The notes beneath the pieces were generated by a model, which made no database searches, had not been told where the DNA came from, and was given only the letters and a program-made list of their open reading frames with translations. A stretch of 64,000 nt of DNA from an uncultured Actinomycetes bacterium (lineage in GTDB: Bacteria; Actinomycetota; UBA4738; HRBIN12), in assembly GCA_963799625.1 (NCBI GenBank), contig CAWCXU010000013.1, positions 475,709 to 539,708 on the forward strand. The letters are read 5' to 3'. Shown here piece by piece: positions 56,774 to 64,000 of this stretch (its first letter is position 1; each line of letters starts with the position of its first letter). The position numbers were made by a program, and so were the translations under genes.

Positions 56774-57645
56774 CGCTGCACCGTCCTGAGCTGGAGGAAC
56801 CGCCCGAACACGGCCATGATCGCCGCCACCACGAACAGCAGGAAGAACGCGTGCACCGACCCGGTCTGCCAGTCCAGCGCGTGCGTGAACTGGTCCTGGA
56901 TCGCGTTGCCGAACAGGGTGCTGCTCGGACCGCCGACCAGCTGCGGGGTGACGAACTCCCCGATCGTCGGCACGAACACGAAGATGAACGCGGCGATCAC
57001 GCCGGGGAACGACACCGGCAGCGTGACACGCAGGAACGTTCGCCACCGGTTCGCGCCGAGGTCCCCCGCCGCCTCGAGCAGCGAGAGATCCATCGTGTCG
57101 AGGCTGACGAAGATCGGCAGCGCGACGAACGGGATCCAGATGTAGGCGAGCACGAGCATCACGGCGAACTGGCTGTAGATCAGCCACGACACCGGGTCGT
57201 CCGGGCTCCGCAGATGCAGCGAGTACAGGGCGCTGTTGATCACCCCGCGGTTGCCCAAGATCACCTTCCAGGCCAGCACCCGGAGCAGGTAGCTCGTCAG
57301 GAACGGCGCGATGATCACCAGCAGCAGCACGTACTTGCGCTTCTTCACGCAGAGCGCGAGGAAGTAGCCCACCGGATAGGCGAGCAGCACGACCACCACC
57401 GAGACGATCAGCGAGACCCTGATCGACTTCCAGAACAGCCCGAGGTAGATCGAGTTACCGGTGAGGAACCGGTGCCACGCGTCGAACGACACCGCTGTCG
57501 GATCGGTCGGCAGGATATGGATCGCACCGATGCTGTACGCGGCGATGAACCCGACCGGGATGACGAAGAACACGAAGAGCCACAGCAGCGGCGCTGCGAG
57601 TAGACCGGCCGTGACGTGCCAGGTGCGAGGCTCCGCCGACGCCAC
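56770..57645 (-). CDS. ABC transporter permease (PotB-like)
   Basis: EAA loop LLEAAGDLGANRWRTFLRVTLPVSFPGVIAAF, six TM helices. Confidence 0.8.
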   Translation of the reverse strand: MASAEPRTWHVTAGLLAAPLLWLFVFFVIPVGFIAAYSIGAIHILPTDPTAVSFDAWHRFLTGNSIYLGLFWKSIRVSLIVSVVVVLLAYPVGYFLALCVKKRKYVLLLVIIAPFLTSYLLRVLAWKVILGNRGVINSALYSLHLRSPDDPVSWLIYSQFAVMLVLAYIWIPFVALPIFVSLDTMDLSLLEAAGDLGANRWRTFLRVTLPVSFPGVIAAFIFVFVPTIGEFVTPQLVGGPSSTLFGNAIQDQFTHALDWQTGSVHAFFLLFVVAAIMAVFGRFLQLRTVQR

Positions 57646-57648
57646 GGC

Positions 57649-58812
57649 TCAGGCGGATTTCACCTGTTCCCACGCGTCGGCGTAGACCGAACGGCGTGGG
57701 ATCCAGGTCTCCACCTGGGAGTTGGGCGGCTCAAGGATCGACAGGTCGTCCAGGCTCAGCGCCTTGACGATGTCGGGCGACACGTTCGACAGATCCACGT
57801 CCGTGTTCGCGTGGCCGTAGAAATAGGTCCCGATGAGGAACTCGGCCGCCTTCGAACTCGACCACGAGTCCACGTACGCGTGCGCGTGATGGTAGTTCGG
57901 CGAGTCGTTGAACAGCCCCATCCCGCACGACCAGGTGATCCGCCCCTGCTTCGGGTTCATGTAGATCACGTCGAGCCCTGCGCCCTTGGCGTATGCGTAG
58001 GCGTCGGGCCACGCGTAGCCGATGTAGACGTCCTCACGCTTGAAGGCCTGGAACAGCTCGTAGGACTGCTGCCAGAAGAACCGCACGAGGCCCTTCTTCG
58101 AGATCAGGAAGTCGCGCATCTGGTTGAGCTCGTCGTCGCTCATGTCCCACGGGTTGTCGACGCCCTGCAGGTAGCCGGCGATCACCAGCATCTCGAGGGT
58201 GTCGATCCACGCGATCTTCCCGGAGTACCGGTCGTCGAACAGCAGCGACCACGAATCCTCCTGCGGCTGCACCTTGTCGGCTCGGTACAGCGGCGCGATG
58301 AACCCCCAGTCCTCGACGATGAAGTACTGCTGGCCGTTGACCTGCCCGAACTTCTCGAGGGTGGGGTTCAGCTTCGAGAAGTTCGGGATCTGGGAGGTGT
58401 CCCACGGCTGCATCACGCCGAGCTGCACGTAGTCGGGGAACCGGTACGCGCACGGGTGAACGATGTCGAAATGGGTGCCCGAGGCCACTTTGGAGAAGCC
58501 CTGGTCGTCGTCGGGGAACAGTGTGAACTTCGGGGTGTCGCCGGTCGCGTCCTGGTATTGCTGCCACAACGCGGCCTGTTCCTTCGTCGGGTAGTAGCTG
58601 CCGTCGCCGTATCCCGCCCAGTCGAAGACCGACAGGTGACCGGGCTCCTGATCCATCGCGGGGCGCGATGCCCCCGAGGGCAATGCGCCGGTGGAGGAGG
58701 CTTGCTTGCAGGCCGCGAGGACGGCGCTGACGCCGACCCCCATGCCGGTGTACCGGAGCAGGTCGCGACGACCCATCGTGCTCCGGAACAGATGTCCAAG
58801 TTCGTCCGGCAT
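57649..58812 (-). CDS. ABC transporter substrate-binding lipoprotein (PotD/PotF-like), Tat signal + lipobox
   Basis: MGRRDLLRYTGMGVGVSAVLAACKQ (RR motif, LAAC lipobox). Periplasmic binding-protein fold residues (SVFDWAGYGD..., WIDTLEMLVIAGYL). Confidence 0.75.
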   Translation of the reverse strand: MPDELGHLFRSTMGRRDLLRYTGMGVGVSAVLAACKQASSTGALPSGASRPAMDQEPGHLSVFDWAGYGDGSYYPTKEQAALWQQYQDATGDTPKFTLFPDDDQGFSKVASGTHFDIVHPCAYRFPDYVQLGVMQPWDTSQIPNFSKLNPTLEKFGQVNGQQYFIVEDWGFIAPLYRADKVQPQEDSWSLLFDDRYSGKIAWIDTLEMLVIAGYLQGVDNPWDMSDDELNQMRDFLISKKGLVRFFWQQSYELFQAFKREDVYIGYAWPDAYAYAKGAGLDVIYMNPKQGRITWSCGMGLFNDSPNYHHAHAYVDSWSSSKAAEFLIGTYFYGHANTDVDLSNVSPDIVKALSLDDLSILEPPNSQVETWIPRRSVYADAWEQVKSA

Positions 58813-58903
58813 CTTCCCCCCTCGTTCACGGCGCCTGTCGGCGCGACCCACCCCGTGGGTCGGGCCGTATCATCCGCTGATGGGGCAGGGGGTGCAACAC
58901 AGG

Positions 58904-59458
58904 ATGCTGCGCACGAGTTTCGCCCTCATGGTGCTCCTCGCGCTGACCGCGTGCGCCTCTCCGAGCACGCCGAGCGCCTCCTCCGACGTGTCGATGACCG
59001 CGTCCATCCCCGACCTCGGCCTCGGGCACATGCACACGACCGAGAGCACAGACACAGGCGAGCAGGCGTCGCTCGACGCGACCGATCCCCAAGCGATGCA
59101 GGCGATCTTGAACGATGCCGGATTGGTCGGTGTCCGCGAACGCGTCTACACCGGCGGCCGAGGCTCGTATTCGAGGGTGGTCGTCCGCGCGTGGGAGTTC
59201 ACATCGGCCGACGGCGCCGGCACGTTCCACGACTGGCTCGTGACGAACGCGACGCACAGCGTGATCGGCGAAGCCAGGCCCGTGGGTGGAACCGGCCTGT
59301 TCGTGCACGAGCCGAGCGGGTGCTGCCACGAAGAGACGCCGGTCTACCTGTCGGCCTGGCAGAAGGGCGACGTGGTGTGGACGGTAGTGGCGAGCGGGCC
59401 TCGGATCCAAACCCCGCCCGTCATGCAGCTGGTCAAGCAGATCGAGCAGGAGGTCTAG
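58904..59458 (+). CDS. Hypothetical lipoprotein
   Basis: MLRTSFALMVLLALTACASPSTP (lipobox LTAC) with AGGA 6 nt upstream. No family assignment. Confidence 0.55.
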   Translation: MLRTSFALMVLLALTACASPSTPSASSDVSMTASIPDLGLGHMHTTESTDTGEQASLDATDPQAMQAILNDAGLVGVRERVYTGGRGSYSRVVVRAWEFTSADGAGTFHDWLVTNATHSVIGEARPVGGTGLFVHEPSGCCHEETPVYLSAWQKGDVVWTVVASGPRIQTPPVMQLVKQIEQEV

Positions 59459-60286
59459 GTGGAGTTCGAGACGTTCGCGGAGGGGCTCGACCATCCGGAA
59501 GGCGCCGCCGTGGGGCCGGACGGGACGGTGTACGCCGGCGGCGAGGCCGGCCAGATCTACCGGATCGGGAGCGACGGCACGCCGGAGGCGTACGCCGACA
59601 CCGGCGGGTTCCTCTATGGGGTGACGGTCGACGGCGGCGGCAACGTCTACGGCTGCGACATGGGCCGGGCAGAGGTCGTGCGGGTCGATCCGGCCGGAAC
59701 GGTCACGACGTACTCCCGCGGGACCCAAGAGCGTCCGCTCCGGGTGCCGAACTTCTCGGCGTTCGACGAGGTCGGCAACCTCTACGTGACCGACTCCGGC
59801 GAGTGGGGCGCCGACGACGGGTTCGTGTTCCGGGTCGCGCCGGGCGGAGAGACGACGATGTGGAGCGACGCGGTGACCGCGTTCCCGAACGGGTGTTGCC
59901 TGACCGCCGCGGGCGACGCGCTGCTCGTGGTCGAGTCGCATACCCGCCGCGTCGTGCGGGTGCCGATCATGGACGACGGGAGCGCGGGCGTCCCGGAGCT
60001 CGTCGCCGATCTCATCGGGAGCCAGCCCGACGGGATCGCGCTCGCCGCCGACGGCACGTTGTTCGTCGGCTGCTACCGGCCCGACAGGGTGTGGCGGATC
60101 CCACCGGATGGTGCCCCGGAGATCTGGTTCGAGGATCCCGACGGCGTGGTGCTGAACCAACCGGCGAACCCGGTGTTCGTCGGTGACGGGCTCGGTCGGT
60201 TGCTGCTCTCGAGCCTCGGCGGCTGGAGTCTCGTGACGACCGACCCCGGCGTCGCCGGCCTGCCGCTGCGCTACCCGGTGTTCTGA
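59459..60286 (+). CDS. SMP-30/gluconolactonase/LRE-like beta-propeller protein
   Basis: Repeated blade motifs (PEGAAVGPDGTVYAG, GNVYGCDMG, GNLYVTDSG, PNGCCLTAAGDALLVVES, PDGIALAADGTLFVG). GTG overlaps the upstream stop. Confidence 0.75.
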   Translation: MEFETFAEGLDHPEGAAVGPDGTVYAGGEAGQIYRIGSDGTPEAYADTGGFLYGVTVDGGGNVYGCDMGRAEVVRVDPAGTVTTYSRGTQERPLRVPNFSAFDEVGNLYVTDSGEWGADDGFVFRVAPGGETTMWSDAVTAFPNGCCLTAAGDALLVVESHTRRVVRVPIMDDGSAGVPELVADLIGSQPDGIALAADGTLFVGCYRPDRVWRIPPDGAPEIWFEDPDGVVLNQPANPVFVGDGLGRLLLSSLGGWSLVTTDPGVAGLPLRYPVF

Positions 60287-61419
60287 GTCGCCGGCAGCCG
60301 CACCTCGGCGCGGAGACCGCCGAGCGGGCTGTCGGCGAGGGTGACCTCGCCGCCGTGGGCCCGCGCCACCTCGCGCGCGATCGCCAAGCCGAGGCCGCTG
60401 CCCCCTTCGCCGCGATCGCGGCCCTCGTCGAGGCGGACGAACCGCTCGAACACCCGGTCGCGGTCCGCCGCGGGGATGCCGGGGCCGTCGTCATCGACGA
60501 TGAGCGACACGTGCCCGTCGCTCGCGGCGAGCGACAGGTCGACGCGACCCGCGGCGTGGTGCGCTGCGTTGTCGCCGAGGTTGCGCACCAGTCGATCGAG
60601 GTACCGCGGGTCGCCGAGCACGCGCGCCGCGTGCACTTGGGTCGTGCCGACGGTCGCGTGCGCGCTCGCCCGCAGCCGGTCTGCCTCCGCGAGCACGACG
60701 TCGTCGAGATCCACCTCGTCGCGCGCGATCGGCGACGCGCCCTCGTCGAGCCGGGCGAGCAGCAGCAGGTCGTCGACGAGCGCCTGCAGGCGGACGCCCT
60801 CGGCGCCGACCGTCGTCGCGAGCTCCTGCACGTCGGTGGTCGACGGATGCGCGCTCGCGACCTCGGCGTGTTGCCGGATCGAGGCGACCGGCGAGCGCAG
60901 CTCGTGCGCCGCGTCTGCGACGAAGCGCCGCTGCCGTTCGTTCGCCGCACGCACCGGGCGCAGCGTCACGCCGGCGATCGCCCACGTCACGACGCCGACC
61001 AGGACCAGCAGCACGGGGATCGCGATCCACAGCGCGTGCGCGACCGCTCGCTGCGCGTCCTGCACGTCGTCGATCCCGCGCGAGACCACGATCGTGCGAT
61101 GCGCGCCCGACGGCAGCACGAGATCGGTCGACTCGGTCACGTAGTCCCCCTCGATCGTGACCGGCCCGAGGGACTCACCCGGCCCGAGCAGCTGCACGGT
61201 CTCTTCCTGTGGGTCGGCGGGAACCGGCGTGCCGTCGCCGGCCAAGATCCGGTCGGCGACCTGCGCGGTCCGAGCCTGGGCGGCCTCCCGCACCGAGTTC
61301 GTCATCGACCGGCCCACCCAGCTCACGGTCGCGATGGCCGCGACCACCAGGGCGACGCCCACCACCAGCACCGCGGTCGCGGTCAGGCGGATCCGGAGCC
61401 GGCGCAGCCCGTCAGCCAC
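60271..61419 (-). CDS. Sensor histidine kinase (OmpR-partner type: 2 TM, HAMP, HisKA, HATPase_c)
   Basis: H-box ADAAHELRSPVASIRQHAE, N-box LVRNLGDNAAHHA, DDGPGIP, GSGLGLAIAREVARAHGG. Start at GTG 61419 or ATG 61449. Confidence 0.85.
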   Translation of the reverse strand: MADGLRRLRIRLTATAVLVVGVALVVAAIATVSWVGRSMTNSVREAAQARTAQVADRILAGDGTPVPADPQEETVQLLGPGESLGPVTIEGDYVTESTDLVLPSGAHRTIVVSRGIDDVQDAQRAVAHALWIAIPVLLVLVGVVTWAIAGVTLRPVRAANERQRRFVADAAHELRSPVASIRQHAEVASAHPSTTDVQELATTVGAEGVRLQALVDDLLLLARLDEGASPIARDEVDLDDVVLAEADRLRASAHATVGTTQVHAARVLGDPRYLDRLVRNLGDNAAHHAAGRVDLSLAASDGHVSLIVDDDGPGIPAADRDRVFERFVRLDEGRDRGEGGSGLGLAIAREVARAHGGEVTLADSPLGGLRAEVRLPATQNTG

Positions 61420-62089
61420 CGTCGGCCGCCAATCGGTAGCCGGCGCCACGGACGGTCTCGATCGCCGTGCGTCCGAAGGGCCGGTCGATCTTGCTCCGCA
61501 GGTGCCCGATGTAGACCTCCACGATGTTGAGATCGCCGTCGAAGCTCCCGTCCCACACGTGGTCGACGATGTCGGTCTTCGAACAGACCGAGCCGCCGCG
61601 CCGCAGGAGGAACTCCAACAGCGACAGCTCGCGCGCGGTCAGCGACAGCTCGACGTCGCCCCGCCACGCGCGGCGCTCGGCCGGGTCCAGCCGGAGGTCG
61701 CCCGCCTCGAGCACCGCCGGGCGCTCCTGCGCGCCGCGCCGGATCAGCGCACGCAACCGCGCGACCAACGCGACGTAGGAGAACGGCTTCGTGACGTAGT
61801 CGTCGGCGCCGGTGTCGAGCGCCTCGGCCTCGTCGAGCTCGCCGTCCTTGGCGGTGAGCATCAGGATCGGGGTCCACACGCCCGCGGCGCGGAGTTCCGC
61901 GCACACCTTGTAGCCGTTCATGCCGGGCAACAGGATGTCGAGCACGATCGCGTCGTAGGGGTGCTCGGTCGCCATCCACAGACCGTCGACGCCGTTGCGC
62001 GCGACATCGGTCGCGAACCCCTCCGCCTCCAGTCCGCGACGCACGCCCTCGGCGAGGGCGGCTTCGTCTTCGACCACGAGCACCCGCAT
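61412..62089 (-). CDS. OmpR-family response regulator
   Basis: MRVLVVEDEAALAEGV...IVLDILLPGMNG...DTGADDYVTKPF; winged helix LTARELSLLEFL...GAGYRL. Confidence 0.85.
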   Translation of the reverse strand: MRVLVVEDEAALAEGVRRGLEAEGFATDVARNGVDGLWMATEHPYDAIVLDILLPGMNGYKVCAELRAAGVWTPILMLTAKDGELDEAEALDTGADDYVTKPFSYVALVARLRALIRRGAQERPAVLEAGDLRLDPAERRAWRGDVELSLTARELSLLEFLLRRGGSVCSKTDIVDHVWDGSFDGDLNIVEVYIGHLRSKIDRPFGRTAIETVRGAGYRLAADGG

Positions 62090-62226
62090 GTGCGTTCCTT
62101 CGCATCATCGTGCATCGCTCCCCTGAAGAGGTGCTGAACGTGTGGCGCCGGTTCAGCGCGACTTCAGGAGCGCCCCGCGAGGGTAGGCAGGTCAAGAGGA
62201 AGGCCACGAGAGGAAGGGAGGACCCG

Positions 62227-62931
62227 ATGCGCGTCAAGGCGCTCATCATCACGGTCGCCGCGCTGACCGCCGGCGGCCTGTTCGCGATCCCCGATGCACC
62301 CGCGAGCGCGGGGATCAACCCGGCCGACTTCAGCAGTCCGGTCGCGAACCCGTACTTCCCGCTGAAACCCGGGACGGTGTTCGTGTACCGAGGGTCGGAG
62401 GGACGCCAACAGCTCGTCGAACACCTCCGGGTCACGCACGACACGAAGACGATCCAAGGCGTGCAGACGATCGTGATCAGCGACGTGCTCCACTCCAACG
62501 GGCGCCTCGCCGAGGCGACCCACGACTACTACGCCGACGACAACGGCGGCACCACGTGGTACTTCGGCGAGCAGACCGCGACCTACGACAAGCACGGGCA
62601 CGTGAAGAGCCGTGAGGGCTCGTGGCTCGCCGGCCGCAACGGTGGGGTGGCGGGGATCATCATGCCCGCCCATCCCAAGCCGACCGACGCCTACCGGCAG
62701 GAGTTCCTGTTGAACCACGCCGAGGACCAGGCGTGGATCGTGCGGAACAACGGACGGGTGCGGGTGCCCTACGGGCGGCTCGACCACGTCGTGCGGTCCT
62801 ACGAGTGGACGCGGCTGGAGCCCAACGTCGTCTCGCTGAAGCTCTACGCGCCGCACCTCGGGATCGTGATGGAGAAGGACGTCGCGGGCGGCAGCGAGTT
62901 CATGCAGCTGGTCGCGGTGCATCACCACTGA
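62227..62931 (+). CDS. Hypothetical secreted protein
   Basis: AGGAAGGGAGGA RBS then MRVKALIITVAALTAGGLFAIPDAPASA signal peptide. No family assignment. Confidence 0.55.
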   Translation: MRVKALIITVAALTAGGLFAIPDAPASAGINPADFSSPVANPYFPLKPGTVFVYRGSEGRQQLVEHLRVTHDTKTIQGVQTIVISDVLHSNGRLAEATHDYYADDNGGTTWYFGEQTATYDKHGHVKSREGSWLAGRNGGVAGIIMPAHPKPTDAYRQEFLLNHAEDQAWIVRNNGRVRVPYGRLDHVVRSYEWTRLEPNVVSLKLYAPHLGIVMEKDVAGGSEFMQLVAVHHH

Positions 62932-62967
62932 GGCCCGCGGTCATCCGGGCTGCGATACTCGGCGGCG

Positions 62968-63450
62968 ATGGCCTCGCCGTACATCGCCGTGATCGGCGCG
63001 AGTAACGCGACCGACTGGGAGCTCGCCACGGCGGAGGCGCTCGGACGCGCCCTCGCCGAGGCCGGATGCGTCCTCGTGTGCGGCGGGCTCGGCGGCGTGA
63101 TGAACGCCGCGGCCCGCGGCGCCGAGGGCGTCGGCGGCGTCTCGATCGGGATCTTGCCCGGCGACGACCGCGACAACGCCTCGCGGCACCTGACGGTCGC
63201 GATCGCCACCGGCTTCGGCGAGGCCCGCAACGCGATCGTCGCCCGCAGCGCCGACGCCGTCGTCGCGGTCGGAGGCGAGTTCGGGACGCTGTCCGAGATC
63301 GCGCTCGCCCTCAAGATGGGCACCCCCGTGATCGGGATCGGCACCTGGGAACTCGGGCGCGACGACCTCGATCGCGATCCGATCGTGCGGGTGAACGACG
63401 TGGCGGAGGCCGTCGCCTCCCTCCGCGGGCTCCTGCCGCAGATGCGGTAG
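62968..63450 (+). CDS. TIGR00725/LOG-like Rossmann-fold protein (SLOG superfamily)
   Basis: VCGGLGGVMNAAARGA and AVGGEFGTLSEIALAL resemble the LOG GGGxGxMG / PGGxGTxxE motifs. Confidence 0.65.
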   Translation: MASPYIAVIGASNATDWELATAEALGRALAEAGCVLVCGGLGGVMNAAARGAEGVGGVSIGILPGDDRDNASRHLTVAIATGFGEARNAIVARSADAVVAVGGEFGTLSEIALALKMGTPVIGIGTWELGRDDLDRDPIVRVNDVAEAVASLRGLLPQMR

Positions 63451-63520
63451 GCGTCTCGGCGGTTGACCGAAGGTCTCGGCCGCCTCACCATCCAGCGCAC
63501 ATGTTGTCCCTCCCCATCGT

Positions 63521-63940
63521 GTGTGCCTCTGTGTGGTGCGCCGTCTCGATCGAGATGGTGTGGGAGAGCGCGCGTGCTGCAGGGGCGTGGGTTGGTGCGT
63601 GTTCGGCCACGTCGTGGCGACGCCACCGGTCGACGCCACGATCGTGATCTTGTGTGCGGTGTCGGCCGCCGCAGCGCTCGCCATGGCGATCGCGGTCGCG
63701 TGTGCCCGCGGACGCCGGCTCGAGCGCCGGATGGCCGCGGAGCTCGACGCACGCTGGGCGGAGCTCGCCCAGCGTGACGCCGGTGACACAGCTCGTCGGG
63801 AGCTGCTCAACTGGCGGCTCGCCGAGCTCCAAACGTTGGTGGATCGCTTGCTCATGGACCGGCGGTTGGCCGTCGAGGCGCGGCAACGGCACCTCGTCGT
63901 CGTGCCGGACCTGCAGACCTCGGCGCCGCCGCGACGCTAG
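63521..63940 (+). CDS. Hypothetical small membrane protein
   Basis: ORF with one hydrophobic segment (IVILCAVSAAAALAMAIAVA) and a charged helical C-terminus. Weak evidence only. Confidence 0.25.
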   Translation: MCLCVVRRLDRDGVGERACCRGVGWCVFGHVVATPPVDATIVILCAVSAAAALAMAIAVACARGRRLERRMAAELDARWAELAQRDAGDTARRELLNWRLAELQTLVDRLLMDRRLAVEARQRHLVVVPDLQTSAPPRR

Positions 63941-64000
63941 TCCTCGGACGATCGCGCGGCGGCCCGCGGCAGCGAGAACGAGAACGACCCGCCGGAGCCC

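Overview
This is a high-GC (~70%) window with Actinobacteria-like gene organisation: conserved topA-tmk-holB synteny, an MFS-Tmk fusion, an LCP protein, a ceoB/ceoC-like TrkA pair, and many ATGA/GTGA start-stop overlaps. There are no transposases, integrases or CRISPR arrays. Two gene neighbourhoods stand out.

- **Signalling cluster (about 2.7-16.3 kb).** It holds a UspA-UbiB kinase fusion and four paralogous NarX/DesK-type histidine kinases with an uncharacterised N-terminal multi-TM sensor domain; three of these are tandem and translationally coupled, and one is frameshifted. It also holds two NarL-type response regulators, one of which carries a C-terminal class-III nucleotidyl-cyclase domain, plus a UspA gene and a REC-only regulator.
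- **Potassium-homeostasis supercluster (about 25-44 kb).** It contains two KimA-family K+/H+ symporter homologues (usually annotated 'APC/amino-acid permease') that carry a duplicated C-terminal cytoplasmic domain. It contains three paralogous two-component systems made of KdpD transmitter-only kinases (DUF4118-GAF-HisKA-HATPase) with KdpE-like regulators. It also contains a standalone KdpD N-terminal sensor protein (KdpD_N + Usp), two TrkA genes, and a kdp(F)ABC operon with two small leader peptides. Conserved phased direct-repeat motifs lie in the intergenic regions. Just downstream are further cation transporters: H+-PPase, CrcB, NhaA and two CaCA exchangers.

At least eight genes carry single-site frameshifts: HK-A, kdpE-like, kdpA, kdpB, nhaA, a CaCA exchanger and two membrane proteins. 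One of these lies in a C4 homopolymer. The pattern points to indel errors in the assembly rather than, or in addition to, genuine pseudogenes.

The remaining genes are topA, an MFS-Tmk fusion, holB, DedA, a GNAT acetyltransferase, a MrfA-like helicase, a PotDBC-like ABC importer with no ATPase gene, an OmpR-type two-component system, tRNA-Thr(CGT), and several secreted or lipoprotein hypotheticals. Many long ORFs in the six-frame track are R/G/P/A-rich antisense or out-of-frame artefacts of the high GC content and were not called.
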